Shown in pieces: positions 55,459 to 61,667 of a DNA stretch of 64,000 nt; within the stretch, counting starts at the first letter, position 1, and each line of letters starts with the position of its first letter. The position numbers and the translations under genes are program-made. The DNA comes from Minisyncoccota bacterium (lineage in GTDB: Bacteria; Patescibacteriota; Minisyncoccia; Phycocordibacterales; UBA2100), in NCBI GenBank assembly GCA_035708165.1, contig DASSSZ010000001.1, forward strand, positions 230,884-294,883, given 5' to 3'. The notes below the pieces were generated by a model. The model saw only the letters and a list, made by a program, of their open reading frames with translations. It had not been told where the DNA came from and did no database searches.

Positions 55459-56079
55459 CTACTGCGGATCCGCTGCATGATCCGTGCTGCTCGCGAAGCG
55501 GAACGTCTGCATGATGCTCGCGAGCCAGCTGTCAGCGCTGAATGGCGCCGTCACCTCGAAGAGGAATCCATCGTGAATGAACCACACCTCGCGCGTCTGC
55601 TCATGCGTCAGAGGATCCGAGCTCTGGAAGATCGCCGCGTGGATTGCCTGTCCTATCCCGATCACCGCTTCCTGCATGTCGCGGATGTCACCGTTCGGGA
55701 TGTCTTCCGCGAGCCGCGCCTGGGTGATCGTCGCCTGCGCATACGGCGTGATGAAGAGCTGGAAGCGCTCGTCGCTCGTCGAGCTCGCATCGCGCGGCGC
55801 GAAGACGTCTATCTCGGATGCGTTCCCTTCCTTATCGCGCGTCACGCCGAGCGAATCAGGAAAGTCGAGGCTGAAAGCGTAGCGCGGGTGCGTGAAGCGC
55901 GCCATGCCTGGCGCGAGCGCGTTGCCGACCTTCTCCACTTTCGGCACCAGGCCGGCCGCTCCGACAGCAGCAGGCTTCATAGCGTACCGCACGAAGAACC
56001 AGCTGCCCAGTCCAAGCGCAATGAGCATGACAATCACGGCAGGGACCAGCAGAGATATCTTGGAGAATGGCATATGCAA
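55459..56079 (-). CDS. membrane-anchored hypothetical protein, paralog 2 (206 aa)
   Basis: N-terminal TM. C-terminus REVWFIHDGFLFEVTAPFSADSWLASIMQTFRF. Confidence 0.55.
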   Translation of the reverse strand: MHMPFSKISLLVPAVIVMLIALGLGSWFFVRYAMKPAAVGAAGLVPKVEKVGNALAPGMARFTHPRYAFSLDFPDSLGVTRDKEGNASEIDVFAPRDASSTSDERFQLFITPYAQATITQARLAEDIPNGDIRDMQEAVIGIGQAIHAAIFQSSDPLTHEQTREVWFIHDGFLFEVTAPFSADSWLASIMQTFRFASSTDHAADPQ

Positions 56080-56086
56080 GATGATA

Positions 56087-57904
56087 TCAATAGAGTCGCA
56101 CGCCTGTCAGCCGCACGTTGCCGAGCAGCCGGATGATCTTCCGTACCGCCGTTTCCGTCGTCGTCACGCTCGCAGTCGGGCTCCAGTCAGAGATGGTGCC
56201 GCCCGTGTCCTTCGCTTCCGCTCGGAAGGTGTACTCAGTCCCATGAGTAAGCCCGGTGACGGTCGTCCCATCCCATGCGGCATCCGTCTGCCAGACGGCA
56301 GTGGCCGATGGATCGCCGGAGGCGTCCACGTACTTCCCGTCCCAGCTCGAGTCGGTCGGAAGCGTAGTGGAGACCTGGATCGCGTAAGTCACAGAGGATT
56401 CGTTCCCATTCGCATCGTTGCTGAGCGTGACAGATGAATCGGTCTGGTCAGCGAGCGCAGGAGCACCAGGAGCGGTGAGTACGCTAGGGAGAGTACCGGT
56501 CCAGATGTCGCCTTGGTTGCTATCTGCTACCACAATCTTTCCATCTGAAGAAATGGCGATGCCGCCCCATGAACGAGCACCTGCCGCAGTTTGATCGGTC
56601 CAGGTGACCCCACCATCAGAAGATGTATAGATATCACCGCTTAGGGTTGCAAGCTTCATACCGTCTGAGGACATGACGATACTTCCCCACATACGAGCAC
56701 CTGCCGCAGTTTGATCGGTCCAGGTGACCCCACCATCAGAAGATGTATAGATATCACCACCGGAATAACTCGCTCCAAAATAATCTACGGCAGCAAGCTT
56801 CATACCATCCGAGGACATGGCGATGCCGTTCCAATAACGAGCACCTGCCGCAGTTTGATCGGTCCAGGTGACCCCACCATCAGAAGATGTATAGATATCA
56901 CCACCGCCCAAATCTACGGCAGCAAGCTTCATACCATCCGAGGACATGGCGATGCCGTTCCAATAACGAGCACCTGCCGCAGTTTGATCGGTCCAGGTGA
57001 CCCCACCATCAGAAGATGTGAATATGTCACCACCGGCACCACCTCCATTATCAATTGCTGCGAGATGCGTCCCATCTGCCGATAAGGCAATGAACGACCA
57101 GTCGCGCGATCCGGCGGCAGTCCGATCGATCCAGGTGACCCCACCATCAGAAGATGTGAATATGTCACCCCCATTGGTATTATTCCCATCATGCCCAGAC
57201 ACTGTCACAGCAAGATTCATACCATCCGAGGACATGGCGATACCAGCCCAGTAACGAGCACCTGCCGCAGTTTGATCGGTCCAAGTAACGCCGCCATCAG
57301 AAGATGTATAGATATCGCCGCCGGAAAGATTTGCCCCATAACCATCTGTCGCCACAAGATGTACGCCATCAGCACTTGAGGCGACAAACGACCAAGAGCG
57401 CGTTCCAGAGCCAGTCTGATCGGTCCATGTATATGTCTCCGAAGGAGCTGCTGCGGCTGTCGAGAAGCTCAAGATCGAACCGTACCCAGAGTCATTCCCG
57501 CCGCCGCTCTGCTGGGAATAAGCTCTGAAATAATATGTAGTATCGGCGGCGAGACCGCTCAATGCCACCAGGAAGGTTCCCGTCCCGACTGATATCGAGG
57601 GACAGGATGCGGTAGTGGTTGCCGTATCGCCACCGGAGAGCGTCGGCACAGTACCCCATGCGAAGTCACAGGCCAGTAGCGTCAGCCCACCCTGAGGGAG
57701 GGTAACAGAACCATTGAGCGTCGCCGCATCGCTTCCGACCGCGCTCGCAGCCGTCGTAGTGACCGTCGGCGGTAAAGAACCGCCTGGTGCTGCAGCAGCC
57801 GTTTGCGGATACGAGAAGAACAGAGCGGCAGCGAGTATATACACACCCGCAAGGACGGGCAGCAGCAAGACTGATTCAGCTATTTTCGCACGCAGTATCC
57901 TCAC
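56087..57904 (-). CDS. secreted FN3 - BNR/Asp-box beta-propeller repeat - FN3 protein (605 aa)
   Basis: Signal/anchor, FN3 (TTYYFRAYS). Seven or more ~46-aa repeats GGDIYTSSDGGVTWTDQTAAGARYWNGIAMSSDGMKLAAVD (S-x-D-x-G-x-T-W). C-terminal FN3 shared with the 947-aa protein. Confidence 0.7.
   Translation of the reverse strand: MRILRAKIAESVLLLPVLAGVYILAAALFFSYPQTAAAAPGGSLPPTVTTTAASAVGSDAATLNGSVTLPQGGLTLLACDFAWGTVPTLSGGDTATTTASCPSISVGTGTFLVALSGLAADTTYYFRAYSQQSGGGNDSGYGSILSFSTAAAAPSETYTWTDQTGSGTRSWSFVASSADGVHLVATDGYGANLSGGDIYTSSDGGVTWTDQTAAGARYWAGIAMSSDGMNLAVTVSGHDGNNTNGGDIFTSSDGGVTWIDRTAAGSRDWSFIALSADGTHLAAIDNGGGAGGDIFTSSDGGVTWTDQTAAGARYWNGIAMSSDGMKLAAVDLGGGDIYTSSDGGVTWTDQTAAGARYWNGIAMSSDGMKLAAVDYFGASYSGGDIYTSSDGGVTWTDQTAAGARMWGSIVMSSDGMKLATLSGDIYTSSDGGVTWTDQTAAGARSWGGIAISSDGKIVVADSNQGDIWTGTLPSVLTAPGAPALADQTDSSVTLSNDANGNESSVTYAIQVSTTLPTDSSWDGKYVDASGDPSATAVWQTDAAWDGTTVTGLTHGTEYTFRAEAKDTGGTISDWSPTASVTTTETAVRKIIRLLGNVRLTGVRLY
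56494..57322 (-). repeat. near-identical DNA tandem repeats (about 138-nt units) encoding the BNR blades
   Basis: Repeated GCACCTGCCGCAGTTTGATCGGTCCAGGTGACCCCACCATCAGAAGATGT.. blocks visible at about 56560, 56700, 56840, 56950, 57090 and 57250. Confidence 0.7.
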
Positions 57905-58051
57905 ACCCTCATTATATAGCAGCTAATACAACCTGCCCGATTGATTGCAGATCCGAGCGCAGACCGAACAATCAGCTGTGCTCTGCGCACACAGAGTACA
58001 GCGTAATGAGTGGTAACGCGTACTATCGTCCCATTTTCCGCTCTTCACATC

Positions 58052-60877
58052 TTAGAAAAGCGCCATGCCGAAGAGGGTCGTACCGCCGAAGAGGATGACC
58101 GATTTCGCGATGTGCTCCGTCGTCGTCACGCCCCCGCTGCCGCTCCAGTCAGTCGTGATGCCGTCGCCGTTCTCTGCCTGCGATTCGATCGTGTACTGCG
58201 TGCCGCTCTGAAGGCCGGTCATCGTGGTCGCATCCCACGCTGCATCCGTCTGCCAGACAGGCGTCGCCGATGGATCGCCGGACGCATCCACATACATGCC
58301 GTCCCACGCGGAATCCGTAGGCGAAGACGCCGTCACCTTGATCGCGAAGAGCGTGTTGCTCGGATTGCCGTTCGCATCGTTCGCGATGTTCGCAGTGCTC
58401 TCGGTCTGACCGGAGAGCGAGGGCGTGCCGGGAGTATTGGCGAACGTGTACGCTTCCGCGACGCTGCTCGTCGCGGTGTAGTTCGGCGTCGGCGCAGAGT
58501 CGCGCGTCGTGATCGCGTAGCCGTAGCACTTGTTCACGTCGAGCCCGGTATCGGTGTAGGTCGCGCTCGTCTGCCAGCCGGAATCAGCGCCGCCCGTGCC
58601 TGCGTCACTTCCGCAGGCCTTGTAGGTGAAATCATATTCGACGGGCGTGGATGATGCATCGGTTGCTGTGGTTGCGGTCATGGTGATCGCAGAACTTGAA
58701 GTTGCAGCCGGCACGGAATCGAACGTCGCCGGATTCGGCGTGGGTGCAGTGGTGTCGGGAGGCGCCGATTGCGGCGTATAGATGATCACGATGATGCCCT
58801 GGCCGCCGGTACCGCCGGTACCGGCGGCACTGCCAGCCGCGCCAGCACCGCCGCCAGCACCGCCATACGTACCACCAGCGCCGCCATTTCCTGCATTATT
58901 GCCGAATCCCATTCCCGACCCGCCGCCGCCGCCGCCTGCGCCATGTGTGGCATCCCATTCAGTACCCGCGCCGCCTGCGCCGCCATTGCCTGAACTACCA
59001 GACTCCCAGCCATACCCAGAACCGGCGCCGCCACTTCCGTTGCTTCCGTTTCCGCCGGCGCTGCTGCTTCCCGAGGTTGACCCGTCCGATCCGATACCGC
59101 CAGCCGTGCCGGTCGTCCCTGCGCCGCCATTGCCACCCTTCGATGATGATCCGGCAGATCCGGCCGTGGAAGACCCTCCATCCGCTCCGCCGCCGCCGCC
59201 GGCGGTATTGGGCGTAGAGGCATATGGCTTTCCGCCGCCTTTGCCAGCGCCGAACGGGCCCGCGGCCCCGCCACCTCCGCCCCCACCGTATGGCGAGCTG
59301 CCAGACACGGCCGCGCCAGCTCCGCCTGCGTACAGCGTTGTCCCTACCGAATTGCTCGTGCTACCGCCCGCACCAGCAGTCTTCCCTGATGCGTTCGCTC
59401 CGTTCGCTGCTGCAACCGTGCTGCTCGTATCGAACCATGTCGTGCCGGAGCCAACGCCACCCGCACCGATCGAATACGCAACGGAGCTGCCTGGAGTGAG
59501 CGAGAGATTCGCGATTTTTGCGTACGCACCGCCGCCACCGCCTGCGCCAGCGTACGACTCAGCAACACTGTTTGCACCATTCCCTCCTGCACCGATCGCC
59601 TCGATCGTATTGTTCGTGCTATCCCAGTCATCCGGCACGGTCCAGCTCGTGCCTGAGGTGAGGAAGATGATGCACTCGGTTCCGTTATACACGGCGCCAG
59701 CGTCGCAGGTCACCGGTTCATCCTCTTCCTCTTCGTCCCCACCACCGAGCGATGTTTCCGCGCCGACCTCATAGAATGTGCTCGGGCTCGTTTCGGTGTC
59801 GTATGCGGCCGCGAGCCAATCGGCACTGCGCGCTACCGAGGAGATGCGGAATTCATCGATATCTCCCGTGAAATACGCGCTCCCCGATGAGCCGGATGAG
59901 ACGTCCGAACCGATGTTCAGGCCGCTCGTATCGCCTGCGTCGATACTCGAGCCCAAGCCGTTCGTCGTGCCTTTGAGCGTGCCGTCCGTATAACCCTTCA
60001 GCGTCCCTGCGGAGCCGTCGAAGACACCGGCGACCTGATGCCATGCGGAAGTCGAGAGCGTGCCGACGTTCGCGACCTCGTTCGCGCCGTCGATCTTCAC
60101 CAGAGGCCCCTGGTCCCCGGCACCGCTGAAGGAAAGCAGGAAGAGCTGATTGCTCAGCTCCATGGAGCGCTCGCCGCTGTATGAGCTCGATTTCACGAAC
60201 ATCGAGAAGGTCGCGGCGTTCCCTATCGCGGCACGCTGAGCCGTCGTCGTGTTGATATGCGCGTTCGTGCTGCCGGAGAAACTGGTCGCTTCGCCTGCGA
60301 TACCCGAGACGAGCGTCCCGCCGTCCTCCGTAGAGTCAGAGAAAGTGCCCGTCGAATCGACCAGAGTCGAGCCATCCATGTGCCAGACGCCAAGGAACCC
60401 GTTCGACCACACTGCCGGCGCATCCGACTGGTCCGTGGTAATGGAGGAATCGCCGTAGCAGAGATAGAAGGCGGTGTCGGACGTATGCGAGAGAGTCGGC
60501 AGTTTCACCCAGTACGTGACGGCCCCGGTCGAGGCATCATAGCTCTCCGTCTCCCAATCGAGCTTCGTGCTGCAGGAGGAATCGCTGTAGAAGCCGATGT
60601 CATAGCCGCTCGTATTCTGCGCATCGCCACCGTTCGCAGTCGTCGCGAGATAGCTGTACGTGCCGGAGACAAGTACCGGGAAATCGGTAAGATCCGATCC
60701 TACCGTACCGGAGGGGATGGTAATGGAGCGGGTATACGAGAAGCCGTCCGCATTGGCGAGCGCGGGCGAAAGCGCGTATGCGGTGGCGAAGATTGCCAAG
60801 CAAAGCAGCGCGACTCGCGCGGATGCGGTCGCGGGTGTGATGCGTCGTACGTGCGGTTGCGTATCAGGTTTTCTCAT
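58052..60877 (-). CDS. large secreted surface protein: DUF2341-like N-domain, LamG/ConA-like domain, glycine-rich module, FN3-like repeats, C-terminal hydrophobic tail
   Basis: Signal peptide MRKPDTQPHVRRITPATASARVALLCLAIFATAYALSPALANA (internal ATG). DGFSYTRSITIPS..LTDFPVLV..YWVKLP..AFYLCYGD (DUF2341-like). GDIDEFRISSVARSADWL (LamG-like). Gly-rich module with TEWDATHGAGGGGGG..GQGIIVIIYTP. C-terminal FN3-like SAWDGMYVDASGDPSATPVWQTDAAWDATT. Confidence 0.7.
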   Translation of the reverse strand: MRKPDTQPHVRRITPATASARVALLCLAIFATAYALSPALANADGFSYTRSITIPSGTVGSDLTDFPVLVSGTYSYLATTANGGDAQNTSGYDIGFYSDSSCSTKLDWETESYDASTGAVTYWVKLPTLSHTSDTAFYLCYGDSSITTDQSDAPAVWSNGFLGVWHMDGSTLVDSTGTFSDSTEDGGTLVSGIAGEATSFSGSTNAHINTTTAQRAAIGNAATFSMFVKSSSYSGERSMELSNQLFLLSFSGAGDQGPLVKIDGANEVANVGTLSTSAWHQVAGVFDGSAGTLKGYTDGTLKGTTNGLGSSIDAGDTSGLNIGSDVSSGSSGSAYFTGDIDEFRISSVARSADWLAAAYDTETSPSTFYEVGAETSLGGGDEEEEDEPVTCDAGAVYNGTECIIFLTSGTSWTVPDDWDSTNNTIEAIGAGGNGANSVAESYAGAGGGGGAYAKIANLSLTPGSSVAYSIGAGGVGSGTTWFDTSSTVAAANGANASGKTAGAGGSTSNSVGTTLYAGGAGAAVSGSSPYGGGGGGGAAGPFGAGKGGGKPYASTPNTAGGGGGADGGSSTAGSAGSSSKGGNGGAGTTGTAGGIGSDGSTSGSSSAGGNGSNGSGGAGSGYGWESGSSGNGGAGGAGTEWDATHGAGGGGGGSGMGFGNNAGNGGAGGTYGGAGGGAGAAGSAAGTGGTGGQGIIVIIYTPQSAPPDTTAPTPNPATFDSVPAATSSSAITMTATTATDASSTPVEYDFTYKACGSDAGTGGADSGWQTSATYTDTGLDVNKCYGYAITTRDSAPTPNYTATSSVAEAYTFANTPGTPSLSGQTESTANIANDANGNPSNTLFAIKVTASSPTDSAWDGMYVDASGDPSATPVWQTDAAWDATTMTGLQSGTQYTIESQAENGDGITTDWSGSGGVTTTEHIAKSVILFGGTTLFGMALF

Positions 60878-60895
60878 ATCGATATCATTCTTCAA

Positions 60896-61600
60896 TCATT
60901 CTTCCCGCGCGTTAGAGGCTAAACCTCTAACGGGTGCGTCATGCATGTCCCCTTCCTCAAGCCAGTCATCTATATGCGCATCGAGGCTCCGCCGTGTCGA
61001 GAAGTATTCGGGGAACCTTGCCGGGTCAGTAATCACATGCCGCTTGCGATTATATTCGCCGAAGCTCGAGTACGGATATGTCTGCACGTATTCCCGCACC
61101 TTTTTGAAATCGCGAGAGCCGAATTCTTTCCAGTGCGGATCGACGAGTTTCGCCGGATTGAGATGAATATAGGAAAACAGGTACCGTGCATACCGATCAT
61201 CGAGCACATGCCTTGCCTTGAACGTGCCCTGGAAGAGCGCGCCGCTTCGCGCATGCCGCTCATTGAAATACATCGTGTAGGCGGTCTGCAGGCGCTGCAT
61301 GAATTTCGATATTCCATTTTCGACGAGCGGCGTCACATACAGGTGAAAGTGATTCGGCATGAGGCAATAGGCGCCGATCGCCACCAATGGCGCACCTTGT
61401 GTTAGTTTTAGAGGTTTAGCCTCTAACACATAATCGCGACGGATCTCGTGTGTCAGCCGAGGCGCAGCGGCATCATTCAGAACACAGAGGTAAGCCAGGA
61501 ACCGCTGGTATTCATCGGCGTTTGAGAAGATCTCGCGCTTATCCACCCCCCTATTATAGAGGTGGTAGTATTCTCCTTCGCTGAAAATGATACGTCTCAT
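60896..61600 (-). CDS. REP-associated tyrosine transposase paralog 2 (RAYT)
   Basis: YHLYNRGV, AYCLMPNHFHLYV and YIHLNP. Its stop abuts the start region of the 947-aa gene. Confidence 0.8.
   Translation of the reverse strand: MRRIIFSEGEYYHLYNRGVDKREIFSNADEYQRFLAYLCVLNDAAAPRLTHEIRRDYVLEAKPLKLTQGAPLVAIGAYCLMPNHFHLYVTPLVENGISKFMQRLQTAYTMYFNERHARSGALFQGTFKARHVLDDRYARYLFSYIHLNPAKLVDPHWKEFGSRDFKKVREYVQTYPYSSFGEYNRKRHVITDPARFPEYFSTRRSLDAHIDDWLEEGDMHDAPVRGLASNAREE
60911..60931. repeat. REP-B palindrome GTTAGAGG-ctaaa-CCTCTAAC inside the last codons of RAYT-2 (encodes VRGLASNA)
   Basis: Seen directly. Confidence 0.85.
61407..61425. repeat. REP-B palindrome TTAGAGGTTTAGCCTCTAA inside RAYT-2 CDS (encodes LEAKPLK), at the position homologous to the REP-A insertion in RAYT-1
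   Basis: Seen directly; alignment of the two RAYT proteins places both intragenic REPs between EIR(E/R) and PLV(D/A)IGAYCLMPNHFH. Confidence 0.85.
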
Positions 61601-61615
61601 ACTGTATGGAAGATA

Positions 61616-61667
61616 TTTAGAGGCTTAGCCTTATTTAGAGGTATTTTAGAGGTTTAGCCTCTAAAAG
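61616..61667. repeat. cluster of REP-B copies (degenerate half at 61616..61631, TTTAGAGGTA at 61634..61643, full TTTTAGAGGTTTAGCCTCTAAAA at 61645..61667) upstream of RAYT-2; supplies the stop codon of the tail-fibre-like gene
   Basis: Seen directly. The TAA stop of the 61654.. gene lies in the REP loop (GGC-TAA-ACC). Confidence 0.8.

Noticed and set aside
53640-57904. Prophage interpretation of the island (tail fibre, BNR, FN3, Gly-rich proteins)
   Set aside because: There is no integrase, terminase, capsid, portal or tail tube/sheath in the visible ~11 kb. All large proteins have Sec signal peptides, which suits host surface proteins rather than virion components. This remains open for sequence beyond 64 kb.
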